Shown here piece after piece: positions 1 through 13,856 of a stretch of DNA of 64,000 bases. The stretch comes from Lepidodermella squamata (lineage: Eukaryota; Animalia; Gastrotricha). The position numbers and the translations under genes are program-made. The notes under the pieces were generated by a model. It searched no databases, was not told where the DNA came from, and saw only the letters and a program-made list of their open reading frames with translations. Within the stretch, counting starts at the first letter, position 1. Every line of letters starts with the position of its first letter. Location of the stretch: contig JBLDXI010000002.1 in NCBI GenBank assembly GCA_047495785.1, forward strand, positions 62,001 through 126,000, written 5' to 3'.

Positions 1-498
1 TTGCAACACACGACCTTGTTTTGGCGTTAGTGAAACAAGTAAAATTCAGGCATACCAATAGATGTTATCGGGGGCGCGGAATACGACCGTGGTAATTGTT
101 TGAATGTCAGGGACGTTGGTACCGGGTAAACCGGGTAAAAACCGGGTAAAAATTGAAAATCGTCCCTTTCGGTTTTCATATTCGGATTGAGCGTAAAAAA
201 CTGCCCCCATCCTATATCTTCTTGTTATATCGAACTTACAAGTTACAAAAATAAGTTATGTGTTGCAATTTTATCCTGCTGCAAATTGGTGTTTTGTGTT
301 GCGCTGTGGTTTTAAGTGAAATTTAAATTGACCGCTAAATTTACTGAAACTAGCCATTTGACAACATCGCGCGAGCTGCAGAATTTCTGGAAATGGACGT
401 TAAAACGAGTTGCCAACTTTTGCTAACTTTGCTCACAAGGGGCCTGTAATTGAGCTTTAGTTTCGTAATTGTTGCCGAAATTCCTTAATGTTTTCAAG

Positions 499-1225
499 CG
501 AGAACTTCGTCAAAGTAAGACCTCTCCGATATCCGGGGCCAAAGTTTATGATTTACTGCGTCCGCCCGTTCACTTCAATGTGTTTCGGCTTCAAGTACAC
601 GAAATTTCCATTCGATACCGCGTCGTGCAGTTTCGAGTTCGAAAGCGAAAATCTCGCCGAAGAACTTGCAATGGATGTCGAATCAGCTGATATAACAGAT
701 GGCTACTTGTCTCTGCGAAGCGACGATATTTGGTCGTTTGTAAGCTACAATGGAACACTGTTTACAGCGACTGGATATCCTCATGTAACTCTTACGCTCA
801 AACTGAAGCGAAAGTATTACTATTATGTTGGAAATGTATTTGTGCCCACGATAACATTGTACATACTTCAAATATCTGGCTTGGTTATGGATCCTCGCCA
901 TCCAGACAGACCGACTTTCTGCGTGACCGTGAATTTAGCCCTGGCAGTGCTCTTGAGTCTGATCTTCTCACTGATACCCAGGACTTCTGAGGAGGTCTAT
1001 CTCATCAATATTGTCACGATTTTTATGGTGGTTTGCGCCCTCATCACCGTGTATACTCTGCTTGCTTGCTGCCTGAGCAAGATGTCTATCGGAAAGCGGG
1101 TGTATTTCGAAAAGGTGAGAGGTGGTGTGACATGTGTTCGTTTAGCTGATTTTCTGACTGCGAGTGTGTCTCTTTTTATCGGTATTGGGGTTCTGGCGTA
1201 TTATCTTCAAAAAATGCTTGAGTAA
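499..1225 (+). CDS. Divergent Cys-loop ligand-gated ion channel subunit, copy L1 (last exon only; 5' exons lie upstream of the window)
   Basis: Acceptor ttttcaag|CGAG at 498. Exon encodes Cys-loop CFGFKYTKFPFDTASC, pre-M1 LKLKRK and four hydrophobic segments M1-M4. Very similar to the three complete paralogs downstream. Confidence 0.9.
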
Positions 1226-1569
1226 ACATAAGTAGTTGAAATTCTGGGCGCACGCCTATTGGTCAATCGATCGTTGCTGTGATTCCCGGATGAAACTTGC
1301 ATGGATCATGGATCGGTCAGCAATAATCGGCTCATGTATTGATGACACTTAGGCCGCCTCATGTGTGTGATGAAATGTGATCCAAGTGCAAAATGTCGAA
1401 AGGCGAATTGCGCAAATGAAATATGAGTATGAGAAGAAGTTGAATCATAAACAAGTTTTTTGTCGATTTTGTCGGTTTTTTGTCGGGTAACAATTTCATC
1501 TGTGTTGGAGATAAAGAAATGCACCCTATATGAAGTCTCCCGCGTCTTGCTGGCTCATTTGGGTTTCTA

Positions 1570-3309
1570 CAGTGCTCCCTCGATAAAAGCACTGGGTCGG
1601 GAGCCAGACCCGGTCTTTAAACAAGGGAAAGCTATAACGAGGGCTGTAATTGAATGCAGGAGCTAAAAATAGACCGTTTCTACGCCTTAAGACAGTTGCC
1701 ATGCCAACGCGCAGAAAGAGACGGACACGGATTACGTGTCATTACAAATTTCGCTCGCTAAAGGCTGTTAAACAATGACACTATGAATCATTAGTTCTTC
1801 GCCAAGTTTTTATTCTTATTTGCCAGGGCGGCTTTGATTTAACTGGTTGGCCTTGTTTTTTTACTCTAATTTTAAGTCCTGCCTGGGGTTAACGAATAAA
1901 AAAAACCTGGAATCTCTTTATTTCAATTTACTTCAAAAATGCCAAGCTCGTCCGATTTCGCAAACAAATTTCATTTGAAATCACAGCTCATTTGACAAAA
2001 TCAATCACCTTGGTCAAGATTGACCAGAATACTTCTGAATCACCAGCAAATTCAGCCAAACATGCTCAAGATAATGCTGTGTTCAATTCATAACTCATGC
2101 TTAATTCGTAGAATTATTTAAAAAACAATCTGAAATTTGAAACAATTAGGATGAAAAATGTATTTCCGACAATTTTTTCGCGGTTAACCTGACTTTTTCT
2201 TTTTTAAATTCATCGAATTAATGGCATTGAGCAATCACGGACCGATTTCACGGCATAAGACGTGTGGTTCCGTCAAGAGGGCGTTTAGATTGAATGGAAT
2301 ACATTTGCATCTTCTCAGGCGTGATCTCATTTTCATTCGACTGGCCTATTAAGATCCGAGCAAGGTAAAAATCGGACAGAAGCTCCCGCCGCCCCTCCTC
2401 GGGATGTTGCGATTTTCAAAGTCAAAATCCAATGATTAAAAGTTGTAAAAAAAACCGTAAAATTGCCAAGGCGTTGAGCAATGAAATCGTAGAGTAGTGG
2501 CAGCCAGTTAGATCAGGCCTATCGACTATCGAAAATCGGCTAATAATCCAATAACTTAGGACAACTGGAACGAATGAAAACGATCTAATTTTATGAGAAT
2601 AAATCCATGTATCGAAATTAAAATAAATCGTAAAACCAGGACGCGATTCTTCATGATTACGCAACACAGCCGGGAACAAAATTGGGGAAACAGTTTCCTT
2701 AAAAAAATCACGAATTAAATCCTAATTTGATCATGCTAATAATGCTTGTAAATTGCAAGAGATTTTCTGGCCGGGAAAAAGCTAAAACTTGAAAAATCAG
2801 GGCAATTCAGATGAGTCTTTTAGTTGATCAGCAATTGGCCTGAGGGAAAATCAGCAAATCAAGGAGAGTTAAGATTGACGGGCATTTTTATAGTTATTGA
2901 AATAAATTGCTGATTTTGTCTGATTAATTGGCGTAATTTCTGATAGAAAAGTTTAACAAAAAAGCAGGAAGACTCGCAGCGCGACTTGAGTGGCAGCTAA
3001 TCCCCACACTCTGTTGCATAATCACAGCCATTTCAAAGCCACAAGAACAGCTTAATGCACTGATGATCTTTCAACTCGTTTGAACTAAACTTGAAATAAC
3101 TGGATCTCCCAAAACTACGACAACGCGCCGCTAGGTTTCCAGGAACGCTTTATTATTTTAATTTTTCACGCTTAATTTTTTTAATCTATCAAAAAATTAT
3201 TATTTGTTTAAATAAAAATTTACAACTAATTTATTTAGCAGGGTCCAAAATTACGGTCTACAAACGAGGGAGTTCTTTTAAGGAGGGTGCCACTAACGAG
3301 GGAGCACTG
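1570..3309. mobile_element. Non-autonomous Tc1/mariner-type DNA transposon (~1.74 kb)
   Basis: TIRs CAGTGCTCCCTCG...CGAGGGAGCACTG flanked by TA. The paralogous intergenic sequence at ~13210-13330 shows the empty site. No transposase ORF seen. Confidence 0.85.
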
Positions 3310-3859
3310 TAATATGTTTCACGTGAATTTCGAACAAACTAACTTTGAGAAGACTCCTTTTCAAGCTATCGGTGCATTGGCGGTTTACCGCGAGGCAAGC
3401 ACCAACTCGGGTCGACCGCTTTCCAATAATACATAGCATTCGTGGAACTTTTAGTGTCATACTCATCTTGGCGAATAATGTGACCGAAATATTTCTGACT
3501 TTTTTTCTGAGGCTGAGATTTCATTAATTTTATGACCCCTAACAATGCGAACCGCCGACCCGAAAATGCGTGCATGCCGTTACACATTTCAAATCTCACC
3601 AGTCGTGTTCAGTGTCATCAAGGCTCGCCAAAACCAGTGGCCCTCAACCCCTGGCACGCGTGCCAATCCTTTGAGTTCGAAAACCACTGGCCAAAACAAA
3701 TAGAGCACATTTGCCTCGAAGAATCGTGGAAAAAGAGGTGAGCTTTCTGATGGTGATCATGGCACTTTGCTTAAAAAAACCTGGTCGAAAAATTGCCCGT
3801 GGCCTGTTCTGCCCATCAACTTTCAGCGCAGACGCAACGACGGCGAATCAATATGGGTT

Positions 3860-4193
3860 GAAAAAATATATAAATCTTTGTCAAATACTGCAGCAAGAAA
3901 CAGTTGATGCAAAAAGTATTATAGAGCGTCTCGCACTGTTTTTAAGCCGGAGTCATGTTAACGATCGATAGAGCTTCGTGCGCGATAGCCCAATTTTATT
4001 ACACAGCGCAGTCATTTTGAATCTGATTTCTTCAAATCTTGCGCGCGCATGCCCAATTTTATTACCCCTAGAAAATATATAAATCGTTGTCAAATACTGC
4101 AGCAAGAAACAGTTTATGCAAAAGGTATTATAGAGCGTCTTGTACTGTTTTTATGCCGGAGTCAAGGTAAACGATCGATAGAACTTCGTGCGC
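3860..4193 (+). repeat. Direct duplication of ~120 bp upstream of L2 (3860-3983 vs 4071-4193)
   Basis: aaatatataaatc.ttgtcaaatactgcagcaagaaacagtt...aacgatcgataga.cttcgtgcgc occurs twice. Confidence 0.85.
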
Positions 4194-4268
4194 AACTGAT
4201 AAGGTTCAGTAGTTCAGTGTATTTTGCTCAGCCGATATTTAATGATTCAAAGCCTCAGTTTTAGCACA

Positions 4269-5737
4269 ATGAAGCTATCATGTCGAATCTTATATTGCCT
4301 ACTAAGTTTCAGGGCTGTCATATCAATGGCTGATAACAATTACAACACCACTTTCAAGATGGAAGAATTGCAGGAGAAATTTTTCGAGTTATGCCCAATA
4401 GCCAGGTCGAGCAACTTGCCATCAGCCAACCATCTCCAAACCGACAACTACTCATTGCCGATTCAAAGCTATTTGGCATCCAGAATATTGCAAATAATTG
4501 AAGTCGATGATTCAGCGACGAGGTAAAACTGATTGAAAATCTGTTCCTTGTTTAATCTCTTACATCATGTTAAAGCATGATGGTTACCATGATGTTTCGC
4601 ATGTCGTGGGAAATCCCATGCGGTCGTGATATAAGAGCTGATATCATTCCTGGCTACAGCAAGCTTCCACCGAAACGGATTGAGCGCTTTCAATTCGAAA
4701 TTCCGGCTACTTCTGTTTGGTGGCCGGATATGCAGCATATCAACGCTATTGGGGAGTCTAGACCACTGAGAAAGTAATGCATCAATTTTGTGCCTCACTC
4801 ACAGTTCACTCATTGCAGGCCAAATTAACCCTGTAAAAATTGCGAATTCTGTGGGCTTGCAACGTTAAAAACATGTTGGACCTCGCGCGATGATCACTTC
4901 AAAGTAGAATAGGAAAATTCTCAGACCAAGAGGGCTCGATTTAACGTCCAGTAATTTAAGGGGCTCACTATGGTGCTGTAGATAATGGCTAAATTTATCA
5001 ATTTTTTCAGCGAGAATTTCGTCAAAGTAAGACCTCTCCGATTTCCCGGCCCTCGGTATATGATTTATTGCGTCCGGCCGTTCACATCAATGTGTTTTGG
5101 CTTCAAGTACACGAAATTTCCTTTCGACACCGCGACGTGCAGTTTCGAGTTCGAAAGTGAAAACGTCGCCGAAGAACTTGTGATTAATATCGAATTGGCT
5201 GACATAACGCCTGGCTACTCTTCTCTGCGAAGCGACGATATTTGGTCGCTTGTAAGCTACAATGGATCACGGTACATAGCGGTTGGATTTCCACATGTAA
5301 CTCTGACACTGAAACTGAAGCGAAAATATTACTATTATGTTGGAAATGTATTTGTGCCAACGATAACATTGTACTTACTGCAAATATCTGGCCTGATTAT
5401 GGAACCTCGCCATCCGGATAGACCGACTTTTTGTGTAACTGTGAATTTAGCCCTGGCAGTGCTCTTGAGTCTGATTTTCTCACTGATACCTAGAACTTCA
5501 GAGGAGGTCTATCTCATCAATATTGTCACGGTATTTATGGTAGTTTGCGCCCTCATCACCGTGTATACTATGCTTACTTGCTGCTTGAGCAAACTGCCTG
5601 CTGGGAAGCGGTTGTATTTCAAAAAAGTGAGCGGCGGCGTCAGATGTGTCCGTTTAGCTGATGTTTTGACTGCGATTGTGTCTCTTTTCATCGGTATTGG
5701 GGTTCTGGCGTATTATCTTCAAAAAATGCTTGAGTAA
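4269..5737 (+). CDS. Divergent Cys-loop ligand-gated ion channel subunit L2; exons 4269-4522, 4576-4773, 5011-5737 (~392 aa)
   Basis: Signal peptide MKLSCRILYCLLSFRAVISMA, WWPD motif, Cys-loop with FPFD, four TMs. GT-AG introns join the exons in frame. Confidence 0.9.
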
Positions 5738-6831
5738 GCAAGAACATGATAGAAATTCCTCCTAAATTTAAACTAGGCTGACATAAGTTGTATTGTCTGG
5801 AAATGCGTTTAATGCATATGAATCTGAAATTAAACCCGGTTTCTATCTAGTTTTTGGACAGCGTGTGGCCAGCACAGACAACCAATCTGTTTAACTTTTT
5901 TAAGAAGTAGTCCATCTGAATTTTCTTTATATTAGACGTTATCTTAAATCTAAAACCAGAAGCTTTTCCGCACTCGCAAGGACATAATCTGATAAAATAA
6001 AATTAGATGCCCAAGTATGAAATACATGCGGAATTTTAAACTACAGTTAAATGTACACGCAAAAGTCAATGAGACTATGCCAGACACTGAATGACTATTT
6101 GTTTGAACTGATGATGAAATGGGGTTCGTTTGAAATTAAAAAAAACTAAATATCACCCGTCGGTTACCAATTTTGAAATGACTATAGTTCCTAAACGGTG
6201 TAAGGTGGCGGTCGCTGATTGTTTTAAATTCCTGTAGCCACGATCGAGAAATAATATTGCCGAAAAAGGCGATCAAAAATTCATCAAACTGATATTACAG
6301 TGCAATGTCTCATTCCAAAATTGTCCTTTTGGCCGTGAAAGGGTTAAAAAATTGACCGACAGTCAAAATGGGCAAAAGCGGGCCCAGAGTTCATTTAGCC
6401 TATTGATAAGGCACTTGCAACCGCAGTGACTTCTGAATATTTAATCGCCCATTCAAATAATTTGCTGCAGCTCAGACCGGCATCCGCCCAGCTCAACAAA
6501 GGTGCGAAATCGATTGTGTGAAATCGAGTCTATCAGCCGACAAACGCCGAACAACGCTTTTCCGGTTGCGATAAAACGTACAAATCGATGTCAACCTTTG
6601 TAGATGTCGGGGAGTTTCGCCATGGAAGCTATTAATAAAGCTTTAATAAGGGCTTTGTTTAAATTTGGTCTCACTCCAATGGAAAGGTTTGGGGGCAAAT
6701 CGCACGGAGAACAACAAATGTCTTCTCAATCCTATGGAAAGCGTATATAGGGGAGCAGATCGATAGTTAGCCTAGAACAAACTGTCCAAAACTACAAAGT
6801 CAAACGCTTGAAACATAATTTTTTCCTACTG

Positions 6832-9129
6832 ATGCATACTTTTTCTGGCCGCTACTTCTTGAGGATTTTCCTTATTCAGTGCTTTGTCGTCGGAAGGACA
6901 TTCGGGCAAAGTAAGAATTTCACAATGTTTTCCGCTGCCTATCGACTTGATTTCCTCATTCAGCCTGCGCTAATGGGGGAACGTTATTGAGCCCTGGCGT
7001 TTGCGGCTGCGTTCCCGGCTGGACTGGAGCAACCTGCGCTGATGGTATAATTTACACTTTCAATTGATTGGGTGAACAGCGTTTTACCTTATCAGCCGTC
7101 TGCTCGCCGCGATGTCAGCCGCGGGGCGGAGCTTGTACTGCTCCCAACGTATGCTCTTGCCTGGCCCGATTCACTGGGCCTGATTGTTCGACCAGTACGT
7201 TCCTGTTTCTCGCATAGCCCGTTTAATTCTCGACTATTTTGTTTTATAGTAATTGGCATTCCCCTGTCGGACCCTGATAGCTATCTGCCCCAATACTCGC
7301 TTCTTAGTGAAACGAGTTATGGTTGGAAGATTTCCTGAACTTGATTATCATTATGACTCGATTTTTCAGCTGACAATTGGCGTCTGAGTTCCAATCTTAA
7401 TATTCCAAATAACACTGGACCTTATAGCCCAGTTTACCTCGCCGGAAATGAATATTGGACTAAAACTGGTTTTTGGAACAATAAGGTAAGTAATTGACTT
7501 TTGAAAGGTAAATACTCATATCAACTGGTTTCAGGCGATGCCGTTCCTTGAATTCTCGGTGAATTTCACCATGGTAACGCTTTATAACTCAGGCTATAAC
7601 TTTGATGCGTACGGCTTTGTGATCACTTCGAATTCGTCAACAGCAACTTATCCAATCGGTTCCACGGGAACATCGAGTGATTTCAACGGTGTTTTCGTTC
7701 GTGTTGCAAAATACAATGCTTATGTTAACTTAATCAGCCCGCCTGTGGCAAATTTTTCAAGTGAGATTTCTTCTATTTCTTCTGATTTCTTATTTATTTG
7801 TCGAAAAGGCCAAGTTGACCCGAAAAAGTCCATTGACGACACTTTGGTGAAGGGAAGACACCACGTGGGCCTGGTCATTAAAAACGGTTCAGTTGTCTCG
7901 ATGGACATATGCAGTTTTACCTCCTGCAGGGTTATTTTCAGCGGAGTGGTACTGCCGAAATTTCTACCCTTCTCGGATGCAAGTCAAACGCCTGTGATCG
8001 GGCTTATTGCCTTTAACAACGGCCTGGCAACTCCTATTCAACTCATCGATCTGAGGTTCTACCTATTGAGTGAGTCTCGCAATCAATAATAGCTCTGCAA
8101 TCTTAAGAGAACTTGCCTTAGGGAAACCGATTTGCAGCCTAAATTGCGCTCTTCATGGGGATTGCGTGGCTAATAATAAATGCAACTGCAAACCGGGCTG
8201 GACTGGGCAGTTTTGCACAAATCGTTAGTTTGTCATCAGAATTTTCTCAGCTGAGAATTTTATTCTTCAGAAATTTGTGGCAACGCAATCTGCTCTTCAA
8301 ATGCTTACTGCACGGCTCCGAACACATGCGCATGCTTCGACAAATGGAAGACAGGCCCTAGTTGCACGCAACGTAAGGAACCTATAAATAGATAGACATA
8401 CAGTGTTTCTCAGAAGTTGTAGAACATTTAAATATTTTAACACATCATACCTACACATCGCAAAAAATTGGCCACATAATTTAACCAACAAAATAATAAA
8501 AACTCAACCAGAGATAACCAGAGATAACCCGGAAAACCCCGATGGTAACTGGTTTGGTAATTTTCGGTATTTCATCCGGTTGGGCCGAATTTCTCGGGAC
8601 TTTTTTAATCCAACCATCAAGTGACATATACTATATACTGTTCTCGTCAATCTATGAGTTTTTCTCATTCTAGAGTTTCTGAATTCTTTTCCGTGTATTT
8701 TCTTTGCTTGGGTACTTATGGGACACGCTGTATCATTAGCGCCGTTCAACTCCGGATTATAGCAGTTTTGCAATTAAAGGTGACAGCATAGAGAATAGAG
8801 AATAGGTAAGTCTATCCTCTATGGTGACAGGTTAAAAGTTAAAAGTAATTTGTTTGGGCCTATTTAGCCACATTTTCACTTGTAACCTTGTCCACCGTGT
8901 TAACCCCTTAAAAACCACTGCTTCTAACTGATGTGAAACCGAGTTATTCAACGGTGGTAAAGATATAGGTATCCAATACCAATATTAACATTCTGTTCTC
9001 TTCATAAGATTCTCTTTATCTTTAGCATTCTGTGACTGCAAAGTGGCGAAGAGATGTGTTGCCATGCCTTGCGACTGCCCGGACGGCTACCAGCGTCGTG
9101 ATTGCAACGCAAAAGATGATTTGTATTGA
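6832..9129 (+). CDS. Secreted EGF + L-type-lectin-like protein E1 (10 exons: signal, EGF, EGF, lectin-like domain, EGF, EGF, Cys-rich tail)
   Basis: Short GT-AG introns join CANGG..CGCVPGWTGATC, CSPRCQPRGGACTAPNVCSC, MPFLEFSVNFT..FDAYGFVIT..FNGVFVR..IQLIDLRFY and FCDCKVAKRC..CDCPDGYQRRDC. No TM segment. Confidence 0.8.
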
Positions 9130-9710
9130 AACTTGTTCAATTTGAATTTGACTAAAGCAACAATATTTAACATTCCGATACATTCGCAATTGCTTCTTGG
9201 GGTAGTTTGGTCTTATTTGTGCTTTGAATCGGCAAGAAACATTATAATCGCATTCTGATTATTGCTTAACAATTTTGTAAGAAAATCTATCGTGTAGTTA
9301 TGCCCTGTACATATGATTTTACATATGATTGTACATAGGATGAGCCGAGAACAGTGCCCGATCTCGAATCGTTTGTTGTCCGAAGCGGGAGTGAGAATCG
9401 ATTAGCTATACCATGCATCGCAAACTTAATAATAAAAACTATCATTAGTTTCACGAAAAGATTAATGCGCAACGCCTTATTTTCGTGGAAATATTCGGAA
9501 AGCGACCTTTTTCTTAGGTTCCCAAACATGCAGTTCTTGGTTCTGGTTTGGTTTGGTTTGGTTGGTTTTGGTGGGTGAAAAGCTTTTCATTTTCGTTTCG
9601 GTTCCGCCTAAAGATGAAATTCTGATTTCAAAATTGAACTCAATCAAAAAGTCCGCCTTATCAACTGTTAATTCCTGCCTTTAATTCGTTCGACTCCACG
9701 CCAGGAAGTC

Positions 9711-10635
9711 ATGAAGCCATATTGGAGAGGCTTCACAACGGCAGTTTTCACAATATCATTGCTGAATAAGCAATTTCATGTTGGAGCCACGCTGGTCGCC
9801 CGCGATAGACGGCAAGTTGAAATACCTTCGCGTCTTGGTAAATTACACGCAGCGGCGATGCCACTGATGCTTGAATACCTGCCACCGAAGGTATGGGCAG
9901 TCTATTTCGCCGGCTTGCCGGATAGCATACGGCGGCAATGGCGACCAGTTCAACAAGGAAGCGGTTCGACATCAAAGAATAGGGGAGGAGAGGACACGTC
10001 CCGTCCTCTGGTTACTGGATAGATTTACCGAGAGACCTGGCTGGATCAGCGCAAAGATTAGAAACAGGCTCTCAGCAGCAAAGTAGCCAGGAAGATAAGA
10101 ATCTTGCTTTAGTTCCCATTTCGTCACCGAATTTGTCGGAAAACCAGCAAACACCGCCACAAGCAGATGGTCCAAGACGAAAACTGTATTTGCCGTAATT
10201 TTTGGTGGCTTATTAGCTGCAGGGCTAATCAGCGGTGCTATAGCCTTGGTCTTTGAATTGACAAAATCAAATAAACCCTCCCTAACAGACATTCCGAAAT
10301 TGACGAAAAATTGGAAGCAAAATGATGACCAAGCTCGAATGAACATTCTTCGAGTTGCGTACAGCAATGTTGAGGGGCGATCGATTGGCAGATTGTCTGA
10401 TGGAAATGACCTGCAAGCGAGAGTTTTGGTAAATGTCCATGGCGAAGAGGAGAAATTTTTTGCTGAGGGAGCGCTTATTGCGCGCAATTTCCTAATGCAG
10501 GGTCCTGTTGTAGTCATTGACACGCTGCCTATGCCGAACAGACGACTTGTTAAAGCTGATACATTTCTTCGATTTTCCGAAAAGAATGACTTCATAACAT
10601 ACGATGGAGGTAATTTACCGATAAATAAATCGTGA
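9711..10635 (+). pseudogene. Family X copy X1, frameshifted
   Basis: Signal + RDRR in one frame (stop at 10022); DLPR..GSQQ..RRKLY in a second frame (~10022-10195); TM and conserved C-domain (NWKQNDDQAR..GALIARNFLMQGPVV..YDGG) in a third. At least two frameshifts, or assembly errors. Confidence 0.7.
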
Positions 10636-11050
10636 TCATGAAAAAACTTGGGTCATCGTTTCATTCCAGGCTCTCATTAACAATGAAAAGTTATTTCGCG
10701 AATTCCAACTGATTGCCAAGCAAGAATCCTATATTCAAGGTTCCATCTCGAAAAACTGGCTGAATTGTATAAAAAAACTGTTTTATAATTTATAATTATG
10801 TTCTATGACGTCTATATAGAAGCATCAACTATAGCAAAACACGTTTCTATAATCGAACCAATTAGTTGTCATTATGCAACGAAGAGCGCGTATTTTCGTT
10901 ATTAATGACACAAATACTTTGCGGTAACAGTTTGGTAAACAAATCATTATTTTGGATGTAGATTTGTTCCTGTATCAAGGAAGAACATGTCCATCAGAGT
11001 ATTTTCGTCTAATATCGAGGTTAACGACTCATAGCCTCTGCTTTTACACA

Positions 11051-12604
11051 ATGAAACAATTGTGTTACCTGATTTATTTCACGGTTCTCATATCATCGGC
11101 CGATAACTACAACACGACTTTCAAGATGGAAGAATTGCAGGAGAAATTTTTCGAGTTATGCCCAATAGCCAGGTCGAACAACCTGCCATCAGCTAATCAT
11201 CTCCAAACCGATAACTATTCATTGCCCATTCAGGGCTACTTGTCATCCAGGATATTACAGATAATTGAAGTCGACGATTCATCGATGAGGTAAATCTGAT
11301 TGAAAATGTTTTCTTTCTGATCAAAGTCAAGTCATTGTAAAAGCATGACGGTAACCATGGCTTTTCGAATGCTGTGGGACATTCCATGCGGTCGTGATAT
11401 CAGAGCTGATCTCATTCCGGGGTACAACAAGCTTCCACCAAAACGGATTGAACGATTTCAATTTGAAATTCCGGCCAACTCCGTTTGGTGGCCGGATATG
11501 CAGCATATCAACGCCATTGGGGAGTCGAGACCACTGAGAAAGTAAGACATTCCGTTCGCTCAATTATTAACGTCTAATTGCTGAGAATGAAAAAATGGCG
11601 ACTTGCAACAGTGTGCGAAGTCGGATCCGGGAGCTGAGGTGTTTTCTAGGACTGAGCCGAAGAAACCAAAGGCTCCCCCCCAGTGGTTTTTTTAAGCATT
11701 CCTATTGTTAGAGTCCCGGAGCTGTACTCCGCACGATTCTTGCATTCGGAAATCTTACAAGTCTTGCAAGATTTCTCTCACACAGATGTCCATTTTGTAT
11801 AAAGGCTCTGAATTGAGCTTTAGTGTTTCAATTTCCATTCTAAATGTTGTGCTTAATATTGTTCTTAATGTTTGCAGCGAAAATTTCGTCAAAGTAAGAC
11901 CTCTCCGATTTCCCGGGCCCAAGTATATGATTTATTGCGTCCGACCGTTCACTTCAATGTGTTTCGGCTTCAAATACACGAAATTTCCATTCGACACCGC
12001 GTCATGCACTTTCGAATTTGAAAGCGAAAACGTCTCCGAAGAACTAGCGATTATTATCGAATTGTCTGACATAACGCCTGGCTATTCTTCTCTGCGAAAC
12101 GACGACATCTGGTCGCTAGTTAGCTACAACGGAACAATGTTCACATCAGTTGGATATCCACATATAACTCTTACGTTGAAACTCAAGCGAAAATACTACT
12201 ATTTTGTAGCGAATGTATTTGTGCCGACGATAACTTTGTACCTGCTACAAATAGCTGGCCTGTTCATGGAACCTCGCCATCCAGATAGACCGACTTTCTG
12301 CGTGACAGTCAATTTGGCTCTAGCTGTGCTCTTGAGTTTAATTTTCTCACTGATTCCTAGAACTTCAGAGGAGGTCTATTTGATCAATATTGTCACGATT
12401 TTTATGGTGGTTTGCGCCCTCATCACTGTGTATACTCTTCTTGCCTGCTGCCTGAGCAAATTGCCTATAGGGAAGCGGTTGTATTTCCAAAAAGTGAGAG
12501 GAGGCGTGAGATGCATTCGATTAGCCGATTTTCTGACTGCGAGTATGTCTCTTTTTATTGGTATTGGGGTTCTGATATATTATCTTCAAAAAATGCTTGA
12601 GTAA
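11051..12604 (+). CDS. Divergent Cys-loop ligand-gated ion channel subunit L3; exons 11051-11289, 11344-11541, 11878-12604
   Basis: Same exon structure and motifs as L2. Confidence 0.9.
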
Positions 12605-12659
12605 AAAGGAGCATTGTTGAAGTTCCCCCTCATAGAATAAATAAAGAAACATGATCTCC

Positions 12660-12880
12660 AAGCGAAATTTTTGGAGAACGTCCATGGCGAATAAGAGGAG
12701 GATTTTGTTTGCTGAGGGAGCGCTGATGGCGCGCAATTTCCTGATGCAAGGTCCTGTTGTAGTCATTGACACGCTGCCTATGCCGAATAGGCGGCTTCTT
12801 AAATCTGATATATTTCTTCGATTTTCCAATTCCTCGGAAACCTATGATTGAGGAAATACACCGATTAAAAAATTGTGATC
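12660..12880 (+). pseudogene. 3' fragment of family X (X2), C-terminal domain remnant
   Basis: FAEGALMARNFLMQGPVVVIDTLPMPNRRL is nearly identical to 10460-10560. It lies ~55 bp after the L3 stop and has no 5' part. Confidence 0.8.
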
Positions 12881-13856
12881 ATTGAGGGCATTAGCTCATA
12901 TATTTTGTGACCAAAAATGACCAACATGAATTTGTTTATTTTACGTCAACCTGAAGGCATGAATATGTGATGTTAAAGAATAGAAAAAACCTCACCCGTG
13001 AGGGTTTAGGGGACGGCTGACGACAGGCGATCGGCTTCAGGGGCCGACAGATCGGCCGCGAACATCCTGCTTATGACCAAAAATTCATAATTTTCGATGC
13101 TATTAAACACTGGTTGCCATTCATTCCGATCTCTGGCAGTTATTTCCGCTAATTCTAGATCCGCAATGTTGTGAATTTCAGTGCTCGCATTAACAGGGTC
13201 GACTTACAAGGTCTCCCGCGTCTAACTGGCTCGTTTGGGCTTTTAATATATTTCACATGAATTTTGAACAACCCAATTTTAAGAAGACTTCTTTTCAAGC
13301 TATCGGTCCATCGGGTTGGCGGTTTACATTTTATATTTTGTGAGAATAAAGTAAATCATTGTTTTAGGTATTATGGATGTTAAAATCGGCCCTCGAATAC
13401 CAAAATGAACACCAATGATTTCGGTCCAGCGTAATGTAAAATCGCCCAGTTTAGGTTCGGTCCAAACGATCAAAGTCGCTCTTGCCTTTGTGCTCTTGTG
13501 ACGAATGCCATCGAAATCCGTCCGGTTTAGAGACATTCCGATTTGGACAACTTTAGTTTGAACAATTTTCAGTGTAAATAAAAGTAACAACGGTAACTAA
13601 ACTCGTTTTTTAATTGAACCAATTACTGATCATTTTTTTTCCTACATGATACGTGTATTTTCATTATTAGTAATCGGCAGAGAAGGCGCGAAGTAACTAT
13701 TATCCATTTATGCACCGGTATCGGCTTGGTAAACAAATCGTTATGACGAACGTATATTTATGTCCTGAATCAGGAAAACTTGGCCATCAGTGTCTTTTCA
13801 TCAACATCGAGTTTATTGGCTATTGGCTCATAATCATACTCACATACTTTTACAAA

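Noticed and set aside
8401-8920. Possible hAT-type MITE in an E1 intron (CAGTGTTTCTCA...TAAAAACCACTG)
   Set aside because: TIRs are short and imperfect, and no matching 8-bp TSD was found.
9972-10595. 207-aa minus-strand ORF and similar antisense ORFs (12521-12829, 16168-16437, 19570-19842, 22764-23036)
   Set aside because: Antisense shadows of the family X C-domain. They recur only because the sense strand is conserved.
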